Source: Setoptus koraiensis (Eukaryota; Animalia; Arthropoda). Taken from it: DNA of 64,000 nucleotides. Both the position numbers and the translations under genes were made by a program. Below the pieces are notes generated by a model. That model searched no databases, was not told the DNA's origin, and worked only from the letters and a program-made list of their open reading frames with translations. Location: positions 23,436,001-23,500,000 of the forward strand of contig CM106585.1 in the NCBI GenBank assembly GCA_048013815.1. Direction: 5' to 3'. Below are positions 12,001 to 25,727 of the stretch, in pieces (within the stretch, counting starts at the first letter, position 1; each line of letters begins with the position of its first letter).

Positions 12001-15000
12001 TATTTCGTGGCCGCTTTGTCCGCTTTTGAACATCGTTCCCAAAGAGCGCCCGTTGCACTCTTACATGCCACTTATCTACCAATGACTGTTAAAGGTAATG
12101 CAACAAATCTGGTCGAAGCAAGCAAATTGGCCAACCAGATTCCATTGTTTAGTTTCGCCCTTTGCTGGGCCTTTGTTTTATTCTGGCAAGCAACTGGAAC
12201 AAAGCCCCACTATCATTACTACCACTACCATTTGTCCATATGCAACACTTGCATATCGACAAATAATTGTAATAATGCATAATTAATAATGCATAATTAC
12301 AATGCATTATTAGCCAAGCAGCAGCTACTGCAAACACAGCAAGTGTCATGCAGTAGCAACCGTGCGCGCTAATTGATTATGTGACCCAGTTAACACTGAC
12401 CATACTTTCGGCTGGCCATCACAATCGCGCATTATAAATAGATGGAATGGATAAATTGTAATGCAAGCTCGGGTGTATAATTTGGCAACAACGTGACTCA
12501 CGACCTTGCTCACCTCTAACTGGCCACAATGGCCTGCAATGGGCCAATAGTTGTTAATTTTTTCATCAGCTGCCACCAGCATCATTATCATGCTAATGCC
12601 ATCAATGGTTTAGTTGCTGCCAACATCAATCGCGCGCATACAAGAAGCGTGTTCATATTTCACCGCTAATGAGTATTGAAGGTTCATTAATGGGCCACCC
12701 AAAATGATTCATTACCTGCTAGGTGGCGAACAGGCAAACAGGCAAACAAACAATAAGCAATTTTCAGGCCCACTCACAACTAATGAATGCACGCCGGAGA
12801 CGGAGGCGTTGTAAGTCGTGCTGGTGTCTGTATCGCGTTGTTTGTATCTCTTTGTTCGTCCAGTGTTGTTTGCATCGTGTGTTGTTTGTATTGTGTCCAG
12901 GTGAGAGCAACCAACAACAAACGGAACAACAACAACAACAACAACTACAAACATTGATATAGATGTATTGATGGGGTATAGATGCACTGTCTATTAGATA
13001 GTCAATGATCGATCATCATCAATAACAGTCTACTGAATGTGTACCAAGTGTGCACCAGATAACAGCCCTGCTCCCCATTGCTGGCAGGCACTAGATTGCG
13101 ACACTAGATGTCGCTAGGTGCTTTCAGAAACAAATTTGTAACGTTGTGGCGCATGTCAGTCGCCCCATCACTAATGACTCATTAGATATCAACGAGCGCG
13201 AGGGGGCGTGTTGGTGGGCGTGTGTGCAGAAAGTGGCGGGACTTTGGGAGGCTGCATGAATTTCGGGAGGCTGCTTGAAATTTGGGAGGCTGAGCAGGGG
13301 AGCGAGACAGGATGTTGTTAGTTTTGTCTCCTCATAATCAAATTGTGGGACCATTCCGACAATCAACGAATGAAGTCAATGAATAGCTGATGAACGGCTC
13401 AACAACAAATCAACAAATGCAAATTCGTCTGTCGTTGTTCGTCAAATACCCAATACCGGGCCAGGTGATACAAACAACTAGAACGACTGGCCAAATGAGA
13501 GTAATTGATCACCGTTGCTACAACTACCAACTATCAACCAACAGTCAACAACTATCACAGGCCATTGTGATTAATGCCAACTCGAATCGATTGTTGTCGT
13601 TGTTGTTGTTGCTCGATCTGCTCGCATTCGTCGACGACAACCGACAATCATTGCGAGCTTATCATCATGATAGTATCATGTCAGCACATTCGCTTGTGCG
13701 TCTTGGTAATCGAGCGACAATGTTATTGTCTATCGGCTTGTATTGTAGGCGATCATTTAAAGGGCCCATGATTGAATCATTAATGACTGTGAATGATAAT
13801 TACTTGAGATTCGTCGCAATCCATTATGTGTGTCTACCCGCATCGGTAACAAGCAACAACAATAACAACATTGATTGAACTCATTGTCTCTCACATGTTA
13901 GCCTGGCTACTCTCAATAATCGACTATAATCAAAGCGATACCTGACTCACAACAACACGATGATACTGCATATGTAAATTAGTCTGATCTTGCGTCAATA
14001 TCAAATCAACGTACATTGTTCATTGGTATATTGTTCAAGTTGCACTATTCATTGATAGCAGTATACCATAGCATTATAGCAGTAACATGTTAGCAGAAAC
14101 AAATTAATTGTCCTATATTTACAAACAAACATGTCCATTCTTCTCGTCGATCGCTTGTTCGACTTTGCTTGCGATTTGTGATGCAAGCTTGTACCCACAA
14201 AGTCGTCAGATTAACATCTATAAACGTGATTCTTAGTGCTTGTTAGTGAGCAGCCATACAAAACATACCGGCCCATGGTTGGGTAGGTGTACCCGCTACT
14301 AGTGGTTACTGTATGTAATAGATCACGATCATTAGATGATATCATTGATATTCAAATTATAATCGGCAACAACATTTTCACTGGCCATTCGAGCACGGTG
14401 TGATGTGAATCACGACCGGTCACGACCTCAACTACATATCGACCAACAGTAGCAAATATTTATGCAAATCACTTCCATCATCACCATTGCAATGATGATA
14501 TAGGTCGACATTGAAACAATCAAAGAGTCAGTTGGACCAACAATATCGAATACTAATTTATATGATCCGCTCATGACAATCAAAATCATATATGATATTA
14601 TTTTATTTTACTTTATTTCGGATATTAATATTTTTTTCTTCCGCTTCGCCTCTTGTCTCTGCGCCCCCCCTCTAGTCTTAACATGCCTCTCTCTCTCTTT
14701 CTCTCTCTCTTTGATCATTGAAGATTATTGTTGTTGATTTTTGTAGCTTTTGATTGCTAGACAAAATCCAACTTTACTGATGATATGCATCTCTTCTCAC
14801 GCAACTGTGTCCTATTTTCTGACCCCACCAACATGCTTTGATTAAATATTTTTGTTTCTTTTTTCTTTCTACTTATGAATCATGATGATAACTTCTTATT
14901 GCCTACACATATGACCTGTTATAACAATAATATACAACCGTTGTGTTATTTTTTTGTGCTGTTGATGACCCTTTGAACAATGTTACAATTTGTGATGTGT

Positions 15001-15353
15001 TTGTGCTGCAATCTGACCGATCTGTCCGTTCTCTCTCCTCGCTCGGACAATATCCGGTAATGTTCTGGCGACTATACCAGGTATAATCCAGATAATTGAA
15101 AATTGCAAATCTCACAATTTTATTATTATTTATCCTTGTATCACTTAGCCTAGTCCCTGTGTATTATTGTGTATCAGTGTCTATGTATGTTTGGCTATTC
15201 ATGTCTTGCCCCAAGTCGGATGATTGATATTCTCTCAATTTCCTATGTTTCATTGACCATCTCTCTTGATCTCTTGCAAATGTACAGCTAGCATGAATAA
15301 AAAAACATTCCAGCTCATTTTCCAGGTGCAAGACTTAAAGTGACGGACCAGTA

Positions 15354-15941
15354 CTATCGAATGACACTCATATCATCCAATTCGGTGTTAGTCATTGTAT
15401 TGTGGATATTGTTTGCATTGTCAAAGTTTGTAATTGCGAACAACGAACGACAATTAGTGATGACCAAACGACAAAATGCCATGTTGTTGTTGACATACTC
15501 AGAGCCTTGTTTATGCAATTTAAAAATCAAATTTGGAATCAAATTAATTAGATAACTGGAGAGTTTGTTCGAGCTGTATGTGTTTGTAAGATAATGGCTC
15601 AGCTTAAATGTTAAATATTACTTACCGGTAGTGGCTGTAGTCTGGGAAATGAGGTAATTTTCTATGGTTGCCACGATGGCATCTTCGAACGAAATTGCCG
15701 GTGATGTTTGCCTTTGCTGACTGCCATCTTGACTCGATGGTGCTTGCTGTTGCTGCTGTTGGAACAATGCAGGGATCACTGATCGCTTACCAAAGATACT
15801 GCCATTGAATGGAGGCTTCCTATGAACAGGAGTGTTAGACTCAATCATTTCCACTGATATCGAAAGAAGCATCAATGACATCACTGTGAAACATGCAATG
15901 TTGTTTCGATAATTGCTAATTGTTTTTCTGAGTAAGCCCAT
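15354..15941 (-). CDS. SIFa: SIFamide neuropeptide precursor, 2 exons (15941..15626, 15505..15354), 155 aa
   Basis: Signal-peptide-like N-terminus, then HRKPPFNGSIF-G-KR (amidation plus dibasic site). Donor CCG|GTAAGT at 15625 and acceptor aaacaag at 15507-15506, both phase 1. Exon 2 supplies the C-x6-C motif (FCRLVITNCRSLF) typical of SIFamide precursors. Confidence 0.95.
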
Positions 15942-16236
15942 CTTTGTTCAGGTCCAATGTTAAACTTTTGAAATTGTTGTTACTACTTCCTTTAGTGATC
16001 AATCGGGAGATCTCTCGTATTGATTGTTGATCAGTTTAACTTTCAAGTAAGGTGATTAAAATAAAGTGAATTTCCCCTCTAAGTATTTCAAAAGTGTTTA
16101 TTATGCTACAATAGTTATATTTATTGTGAAATAACTTGTTCATCTCTTCAGACAGTTCTCTAACTGAAATGTAACTAACACAATTTGCACAAAGCAACAT
16201 GAAATGTATGTGTATGAGAGTCTGTCGAGCTAAAAT

Positions 16237-16497
16237 ATGGACGTAATGAGTCGAATCGACACCCAACAGCATACTCTAGCGATAATGTTGCTGGCCCCAC
16301 ACTTCGTTGCTAATGAAAGTAAACATTGTTCCACAATCAATCTACTGACTAATGGTGCACGCGGTCAAAGTTCCTGGGAAAGTGTTGGCGATGACGCCAA
16401 CAAGCGGCTAGATGAATCTGAGAGTGTGTTGTATGACGACAACGGATATGATCAATACGACACCAACAATTATTATACTAACGTTCACTATAGGTAA
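16237..16497 (+). CDS. possible small ORF or first exon, unknown product
   Basis: ATG-initiated 86-codon non-repetitive ORF with a donor AG|GTAATT at 16494 just before its stop. No recognisable homology. Confidence 0.22.
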   Translation: MDVMSRIDTQQHTLAIMLLAPHFVANESKHCSTINLLTNGARGQSSWESVGDDANKRLDESESVLYDDNGYDQYDTNNYYTNVHYR

Positions 16498-17436
16498 TTG
16501 ATTGCATGTCCTCTTCCGCGAAATCTATTTGCGATGCTACGTATATTAATTGTTTGTGAATAGTAAATAAACTTTCCACACACTATAGTTTCGCTGCGAC
16601 CACCTCGATTATGCAATAATCTTGATGTACGCTTTTCCTGTTTGCTGTTTCACCTGTGCGATGAGTCTGGTGAATAAACAACAAAAAGTTGAACCTGAAT
16701 GATGACGTCCATTGTATACAATCCAATCATCACGTTATGCCTAACCCATGGCGTTGCATTATATCTACAATCGATGACATTGGTCAGACTGCTCTTTTTA
16801 TAGCTCCCCATATTTGTTCCCTCACAACGTGAAATGTAGACATATATGCCAAATATGCTCTTAATATGGAATGATAAAGTGCAACTTCGGATATAGAGAT
16901 CATACTATGTTTGTTGAGACAACTTTTAAATTAAAACTCGTCAGAATTGTTAAGTCGCAGCATATTTCGATCTCACCCAGGTAATTCGATTACAGTTGTC
17001 GGTGTTACCAAGGGATATGCCCCGGCTAATCTCATTATTATCTGTGTACAGTGAGGCTAGATATATTTCTATGGGGAGAATTCATTGATGAGGTTACTAA
17101 ATCAAATCGAGGGAAGAACGCCAAAATTGAATGAGCGGACACAGTTGCTGTACGAACGGCAAACCATTTAATCAATAACAATTTCGAATGATTTGATTAT
17201 TCGTCGAGTCTATGTAACAATAGAAAATTTGTTCTTTACACTATTAATATAGCATTGTATAACAATATTTCACACTAAATGTGACCACACAAGGGTCAAA
17301 TGAACACTATAAGTAACTGGATTAGTCTAATTATTAGTCAGAATCCATCAAATATGAAATACAATGATAGATATCTACACATGAATTGCCAACAGACTAG
17401 ATTTGTACAATTACGTTAAATACACATGTTGTTTTA

Positions 17437-20400
17437 CTACAGATGCATGCCATTTATAAGAAAATCGGCCTCATGGACTAAACTGCGTCTACGTCCTCTA
17501 CGAACAAGCTTCTTACGAATAGACTTCATCTTAAGACCAACTATCACTATCAGCATTCCTGTGATTGCTACACCAAACATGAATGCTATCAATGCACTAT
17601 GAGTGCCCCTGGCGCTAAAATCGTCATTTTCCTGTGTAAGAAACAGAATGAATAAAATTCGAATTAATATTTAGATCTTATAAAATAAAAGATCTACGAT
17701 CGTAACCTCCCTACGATCTAATAACCTGTGAAATCTAGAAAGTATTTATGTCTCTGGCTTTTTAACTCACCTCTTCACCGATAGTAATACTGGCGATATG
17801 AGTATCGCGCCAATAATTCTGTCTGTTAGAATGAAAGCGCCCGTCTTTTATCTCATTATATACTAAAGATTGTGCATCCGGTTGAGTAACTCTGTTGATA
17901 ACACTCTCATCTTTTTTACCGGAGTCAGTGTGCGTCATGAAATGATGAGATTTCGAAATAGTTCCAGCTTCCTTCGAATCCTTGTGTTCATTTAATGACT
18001 TGGACATACTTGGTTGGAGTCGCGCATCTTTTGCTACTGACTCTATAACCGGTTCACCATTGACCATAGCGGAGTTGACAGAAATCTTATCTAGTTGCCT
18101 CAACTCTTGTCTTGAATTTTGTTCGGGCGAATCATGGACTTGCGTTTTTCCTCTGTCATTTTTCCCATCTAGATGCCTCCAACTTTCCATGTCTGTCAAT
18201 TTATCACTCTGGTCCACTTGATTATAGCTATTAGGCACTAGGAATGTTTTATGTTTCTCTTGTGGAGAATCTACCGAAGACAGGGCTTTGTGATGAAAAG
18301 AGACTGATTTCGAGTTTATTTTTTCATTTGACTTCTCCAGCATCGGTCTGAAATCGTTCGTGCCACCATGTTTGAATTGTTCCTGAGGAGAAAATAACAG
18401 AGCGTTGTTGTCCAGGGAGTAGATTGAATTTGCAGCTTCGTTATAAGTTATAAATCTACCACTGTCTTTGTCGAAGAATCCTTCAACCCCTAGATTAGAG
18501 TCGATCGAGGGATACAATTGACTGTTGAATGAAATATCATCAAGTTGACTATTCGGCACTAAGACCGGATTCTGTTTCGGCACATCCATAAAATTTGGTA
18601 GATAGTTGAGTCTGCTGTGTTTAAATGAATCATCGTACTGTTCTTTGAATTCACCCATTGGATGTACGGTGGCACCCAAGTCGAAGAAATTTGGGTCTTT
18701 GTTAGTGTCCCAAGCTTTATTCCAATGATTCTTTCGGTGATTTTTGTGAACGTCACGAATGGTGTTGGTGAGTGTTGGTTCTGTGGTGGTTGTTGAACAA
18801 TACTTTTCATCACTACCATCCAAACATTGATTGATACCGTCGCAAATATTGTAAATAGCAATACACTCATTATCGGAATGGCACTTGAATTGAAATCTAC
18901 GACATCCACTGTTAAAACTGTCTAGATCCTTAGAATTATCCTCATTGTTGCGATGAACATTACTAGATTCGAGTTTGTGACTAATTGTTTTCCTTGGCTC
19001 GTCGTTTCGATCTAATTCACTATTGCTATTAGATTTATGGCCAAGAAGTGAATTAAATCCATTACCAGCAAGCCCCTGATTCATTTGTTGATGATCACTA
19101 GTTGTAACGGTTTTTCTTAACTGATGCAATTCCATTTCTTGTGCAGAGGGATAAGAGCTACTACCACTATGTACCGTCGAATCTATCTTGTGGCCATCAA
19201 TTGAAATATCAATTAGTTGTGTCGCCTTCAACCTAGGTTGTTTAAGGAATGAGCTAACATAATAATTGTGCGGTGTAAATTTACAAATCAGTTTCCCTTC
19301 TTTGAAACATGAGAATTGATAACAAACATAGTCGTTCTTGGAATAGCCGTCCGCTTGTTTGTTTGAACTGGACAATGGAGCTGGAGTCTCTTGGTAAATA
19401 GCGGTGTCACAAGCTTGCGACTGCCAACAATCATTTAGACATGAGTTGAAATCCTCAATATAGGTGTGATTTAAAAATATTGCCCCAAGCGCTAGTGATT
19501 CTCTAGTACGTATTATTGTTGCTGGATTCATGGAAAACTTCGAACGTAAGCTGTTTGAACTAGATCCAAAAGGTGATGTCACGAACATTTCAGCTGGTGA
19601 ATTGTCACTCCTCGACGGCTCATCGTTCTGGTTTATTAATAACAGTGAGGAAAGAGTATAAAGAATTTAATATTTGAAAATAAGCTCAAACCATGAATTC
19701 ACATTCAGCTCATAAAATTGACCATGTTGCTTACCTGAGGTACTTTCATTCCCTTTTCCATCAGCTCATCATGGACGTTGGACCGTTTGTTTTGCTGAGA
19801 TGCAATAGAATGGCGGCTGGTAAATAAATATTCATCATTGTCACTGTTAAGAGACTTCTCAGGTTGAACTGCAAAATCTATATTTCCCTCGGTATTGCTG
19901 ATGATGTCATTGGAGATATTTTTGTTCATAGATATAGAGGCCTCTGAGGAAGATGTTAATATTTCATTTGTGTGAGTTGGCCTAATATGGTGATGTTTTG
20001 TATATTGATGATTCTTGTGATTATACATGTTCTCTATTGAGATGGGACTAGCGGATACATAACTATTCACTCCTGAGATCACCACTACTGGACTAGTATC
20101 GCCAGATTTTTCTATACCATTGTTGTTATTCACATCATCACTAACACTACTATTGTTATTATTAAAGCTATTTATTTCCGATGTGAGATCATCATCATCA
20201 CCATCATTTTCATCGTAAAATTTTGATGGCAAATTTGAGAGATCTTGATGATCGTTATTGAAATAGTTTGCATCATCTGTTTCTTTCAGCTTATCATGGT
20301 TAGATGGTTGTTCTGCATCTTTCTCAAAATGATATTGTGGATGCTGTTGATGATGATAATGATTTCGATAGCGATTATGATGATATTTATCGAAGCTATT

Positions 20401-20922
20401 GGTGAGCTTTATTGCTTCGGCCATCGTGCATGATGGCAATAATAGTTGATAATTATGATTTATGTATGGTACATTGTTGCTAATCAAATAATTACGTGAT
20501 GTTTTAGTTAGGTGTGAGGCAAATTCTATGACAAATAATATTACGAGACTAGTAAATATTGACAAGTATTCTCTACTATGTGATTGGCTAAATATGATAT
20601 TTCTTTTCTTTTTGCATCCGAGAAATTGTCTCGTGTTGCCAAGACAATGATTTTTCACTGATTGGCTTATGGGATTGTGTGGAACTGTGTTTGAATTGCA
20701 GCATTGATGTGGCTTGATTGATAAAGGCCTCAGCATTGGTGAGTTGATAAAACAGCAACTGGAATTGATGTTTAATGGATCACATGACGGGGAGCGCGCT
20801 GATTGTTGTTTGCGGTTAGTTGTTGGTTTGGCGTTGTCGTCTTGACGAATAATGGCACAATCTAGCGCTGATGGCCAATAATTGTTGTTTGTTATTGTTG
20901 GTATATTATTGTTGTACTTCAT
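17437..20922 (-). CDS. LRP11: LRP11-like MANSC + LDLa single-pass membrane protein, 3 exons (20922..19735, 19627..17771, 17631..17437), ~1,079 aa
   Basis: MANSC-like cysteine pattern (IIRTRESLALGAIFL...SCLNDCWQSQACDTAIY...CYQFSC...CKF, ~19250-19520); LDLa repeat CRRFQFKCHSDNECIAIYNICDGINQCLDGSDEKYC (~18800-18910). Exon 3 gives TM ALIAFMFGVAITGMLIVIVGL, a basic stop-transfer stretch and the tail EADFLINGMHL, resembling the family DYLINGMYL. Both introns are phase 0 with GTAAGC/GTGAGT donors. Start codon uncertain. Confidence 0.85.
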
Positions 20923-23900
20923 GATTCTATGATCTGTGATTCGCTGGCCTATAAATAATAGGTATTTGTTTACGAAGTGATGCGTGTGTGCGTGTATGCG
21001 TGTTGTGGTGTGATGTGATGTGGTGTGTTGTGGTGCGTTTTGGTTGGTATGAGCCGCGGTGGAATGCAAATGAAAGTAGGAGCGCTGTTGTACAATCAAA
21101 TCACAATGAGCATTTGAATACCAATAGTGCCAATAATATATTGTAATATGTATAATAACAACAACAAATATCTGTTTCTGGTAGCGAGCTCATAAATAAT
21201 CTATTGATATCTGTTGGTATCGATTGAGCTCGCACGAGCTTGTTATGTATTGTTATTGTAATTATCTTGTTGTTGTTGCTGCTTGACCCAGACGGCACAA
21301 TTGAATGATTGACAAGTAATTGATATGGTCACACAATTGATTCACTGGGGTCCACTCTGATTCTTGATGATATCACGGCCAATTGTGTAATTGTGCGGCT
21401 CTTGTCCCGCTGCTGGTGCTAATAGGTGATGATACAATTACAATCAGAGCCAACTGTGCGCTGTTTCGTTGAAATAAATGTGCTGCTAGTGATATGAAAA
21501 ATTCAAATAACATTTTACGAGCTGTTGTTGTGTAAATAATAATAATAATAATTTAAATTCTACAACATCTCTCATATAACGTCTAATAATAATAATGCGT
21601 CTAATATAATAACATTTTATCTATATTATTAATAATAATGTAAAGCAGCTCGGTGTGTTGAAAGTGTCGTTGCCTTTGTGCTGTTATATTCGGGTTGACT
21701 TGTGTTGGGTGCTGTAACAAATTGTCGACAAGCCCACAGAACTAATGTTATTAGCGTGTGTGTTAACTATTGTCGACTGTCCCGACAATTCGAATGACGA
21801 CTATCTTTGTGCTGGCAGTCACTGTGCGAGTTGATATTCTATCAATGGTTCTATCTGATAGAATCTATCGGTGCTCGTGTCGGTGCTTGTGTCGGGGCTT
21901 CTATCGCTGGTGTGGCTGCAATATCGAACTATTTGTTACGAATCTTGGATTTCGTTCGCTGTGTTGCTCTATTGTGTCGCACTCACTCTTTCGCTGTCGT
22001 ATTGTCTGCTTCTTGCGCGCACTCTTACTCACAACAGACTCTGCTTATCAGAGTGTGTGTGTGTGTGATAATTCTGCTCAGTAGAATTATTCTGGCACCG
22101 CCGCCGACCATTCAAAATTCGAATATCTGCTGTGTGTGCATATGTATTTATTTGTGGATTGTGCGAGCTGTACGCGCGCCGTCTTCACACGACTACGTGA
22201 ATATATCTATTCATGTAAGTATATATATTTATTTCCTGTCTGTTGTGGATACGTGTGTCGCACAGTGTGTGTGTGTGCGTGTGTGTGTGCGTGTGCGTGT
22301 GCTTGTGTACGTTGGCTCGCTCGCTGGTTGGGGCTGTCCGCTGTAAACGCAGCTATGCGCTTGGTGGGTGCGTTGAGTTGCACCATGGTGTGTACGCAAT
22401 AGCTATTTGTCCCCTCCATATCCTCGCCGCGTTGCCAGTGCTCATGGGCACCCTTGTGTGCTCATGCTTCTGCTGTCGTTGCCACTTGTGCTTGTGTGTG
22501 TGTGCGTGCCACAACGCACCCTGTGTGCGCATACTGCGCCAGTTCGTCCACTAAGCTCGCTAATGTTTCCCCTCTATCCGGGCCCCTTCGCCCCCTCGGT
22601 TCTGCCTTGCCAACCAAATACCACCACTACTTGTGTGAGCGTGTGTGTGTGTGTGTGCGCGCGCTCCAACTAACAGCACGCACACAATACTTGGCTAAGA
22701 GTCGCTAGAGCATTGCTGACCCACCAACTGCAACAACAACAGCAACAACAGCAACAACGGCAGCAACGACAACAACAGCAGCAACGACAACAGCAGCAGG
22801 GAACCGAGCCAACGGCAACCACGCAACCTTTGAAACATGCTATCGTCCCCCGTGCCGCCGGCCCCGCTACACAGCCCACAACACGAGCATAGGGTGATAA
22901 GCGGACCCACACAACTTGTTATAGCTTGCCAAATCACTGTACAGTGTGCATCGCACTCACGCAAGCACGCACTCGCGTCTTGTAACCCCGCCCCGGCGCC
23001 CTTTCAAACAGGGGCACAAACCTGGGATTTGGGCCCCAGTGTGCCGTTGCACAGTGCACCAGTGCGCGCGGGTGGGGTATTGGGCGCGAAAGTTGGGCGA
23101 GCTGGAATGGGATTTTTGTGCAAAATACCCGCGCACGGCATCTGAGCTTTGGTTGCTCGGTCGACACACACACGCGCACCGGGTCCTCTTTTTCGAAACC
23201 AACTTGCACCGTCTGCAAGCGAGTGTGTGTGTGTGTTGTGCACCTAGAAATAATCTTGTGCACTTGTTTGTACGCACCGTTTAGAGCCTCAGGACAGTTT
23301 CGAGTGGCACACTCACTCGCCCTACAACTCGCAATGAAGTTAACCCAGTTGCCGCGCAATGAGAGTTCTCATTGCAGGGGACACCCACTCACACGCACAC
23401 CCGAGTTTCGAATGGGAAATTCCAACTATCGGCCGCTGCAATCTCAAATATCTTACACATGTTGTTGTGGAGGCGCGCTTTATGTTAATCCGCGAGCGTC
23501 ACTCTTGACTTGTCAGTTTTAGCTTGCCACTGGCATTGTCACTGTCACAATGGAATTGGCGTGTGTGTGTGTGTGAGCGTATTTAATTTTGCTGGCGCAG
23601 CTAGTTGTCCGCTTGTTCTTAACTAGCGGCTTGCTGATGACGCCAACGGCACCCACCAACAGTATATGCGACTAATAAATTGTTGCCCGTCTGTCCGGCT
23701 CTCGGGCTCGACACGAGTTTGCGTGCGTAATGTCTGGCCGGCCAATGAGTGGACGCTTGTGGGGCGATGAGACCGCAACGGCGCCCACGCACACAACAGT
23801 CACTGTTGGACAGTGTCAACAACGGCGACACACACAGCATGGTCATGTACAAGTGCGCGATTAAACACGTACATTTGCACATTCGCAAAAACTCATCTCG

Positions 23901-25656
23901 GGGCATCTCTCAGTATGAGAGTCTCATACCTTGCGTTGGCTTGCTAAAATTGGTGCGCACCAATTACGCCGCTCGCACCTCACTCGCCCGCACCTCACTC
24001 CCTCGCAACTCACTCACTCGCGACTCACTCGAGGGGCCTCACTCAAAGGTCAGCTCACAATCAAGTGCGCACTGCATGCATACTGACACGGTATACACAC
24101 GGTGTATTAGTGCGGGATTGGTGCCCAAGTTTCGCGAACAATCTCGCATTTTCTGGTGCACGTCGGATGCTCAAGACGCGTAACAGCGCACAAATTGTCG
24201 CAAGTTAACTTTAACTTGCGCGGTCGGTTTGGGCGGCCAGTTTGCGTTTTTTGTCAATGTGTCCGCCGTGAATGTGAATACCTAATCACACGGTTGCACG
24301 ATGCGAAATGAATGAATTGCTCTCTATGTGTGTTGGCGCAACAATGAATCGCTTGGACAATGTTCGTTCGTTTGCCAACAATATATCACCGGCCATCACT
24401 GGCGGCTTTGTGGTGCCAGTGTCTAGACAGTGATTGCCTGCGTGCGTGCATGCGTGCGTGTATGTCAGGCGTACCCGTTTGCTGTCGTTCATTGCTACCT
24501 GTGTATCACTAATACAGTATTAGTATGAATGATTTAGTGTATGTGTGTATATGTGTATATGTGGGCCCATGTAGGCACACCAAGACAGCACAACATTCTT
24601 TGGCTAGCTAGTGGTGTTGGCCACGGGTGGCGGCGACGCAAAACGCAGCGGATGAGCGAGCGACAATGAAAAGTTAACGGCGAAAAAGCAGCATCAGCGA
24701 CAATAAACAGCAGTGCACATGTACAATGAATATACATGAATTATCCGACTATTTATATCTAGCATGCCAATACAAGACACTTTCAATTTGCACGCTTTGT
24801 CGTGTCGCTCACCTGGCGCGCAAATTGAGTTTGTTGTTCTGTCACGCAGCATTACATAACGTGCTATATGTTACCGGAGCAACACATACCAGGTCGGCAC
24901 ACCGCTGCACTGCTGCTGCTTTTTACCCGAATCGTTGCTGGCGCCGGCCAGTGCCAAGTCCCACGGTAGCGGCACACAATTTGCACTGGCTGCTGCCAGT
25001 GGCGCTGTAACAAATCACTGCTCGTCGTGTGACGTGTGTGCCCTTGAACGGGGCCCACATCTCCCAATGGCCGGCTCAATAGCCAATGTAACGGAAATAG
25101 AGCCGCCCAGGTGAATGGGGGCGACTGGCGAGCGATTAGTCGGCTGGCGTATAGCACTGGGTGCCGTTCAGAGGCGCACTTGCGTCACAACAGGCGCGGC
25201 TTCAGCAGCGGTACACTTAAAAACAAACAAGCGACACTGTTTATCGACGCCCGCCCACACACTCTGGCGAGCCAGTAAACAGTCATCAACAACAAGAGTG
25301 CGGTCCCCGTGGCCGCTCATTCCGATTGGTGCCTCCTCCGATTGGAGCCCATTGCTCTCCAATGAGGCACACACACACACACTGACAGAGCGATATTAAC
25401 GGAACAGTTTTATTATCGACAATTGTCACTCTCAACTCATCGCTCATGACTCATGAGATTTCGCTGCAGTCGCTCGGGCCCCAACCAGGGGCTCGCCCCA
25501 ACAAACACCCAGCGACCCCTTGAGATATTATCATTACAGGCGCAAACCGTTTGGCCCAAGCGCACGAACAGACACACGGGCAGCAGTGCGCGACAATCTG
25601 TCTTTTTGTCGTTTGCGAGGCTCCACTTGTTTTGTCGGCGGCGCCTCCGAAGCGTT

Positions 25657-25670
25657 TGTGTGTGTGTGTG

Positions 25671-25724
<54 letters not shown>
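25657..25724. repeat. (TG)n microsatellite, ~34 units with one interruption
   Basis: Directly visible. Confidence 0.97.

Positions 25725-25727
<3 letters not shown>

Noticed and set aside
13281-13294. TTTGGGAGGCTGAG, resembling a primate Alu signature
   Set aside because: Only 14 nt match, flanks are not Alu-like, and it is one of three local variant copies. No sign of contamination.
13390-13878. 162-aa plus-strand ORF
   Set aside because: No recognisable domain, composition like the surrounding non-coding DNA, and no convincing splice chain.
14218-14268. Canonical-looking 51-nt minus-strand intron (GTATGT...CACTAAC...TTTATAG)
   Set aside because: Flanking sequence gives no sustained ORF. 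It could be a UTR or lncRNA intron but cannot be assigned from sequence.
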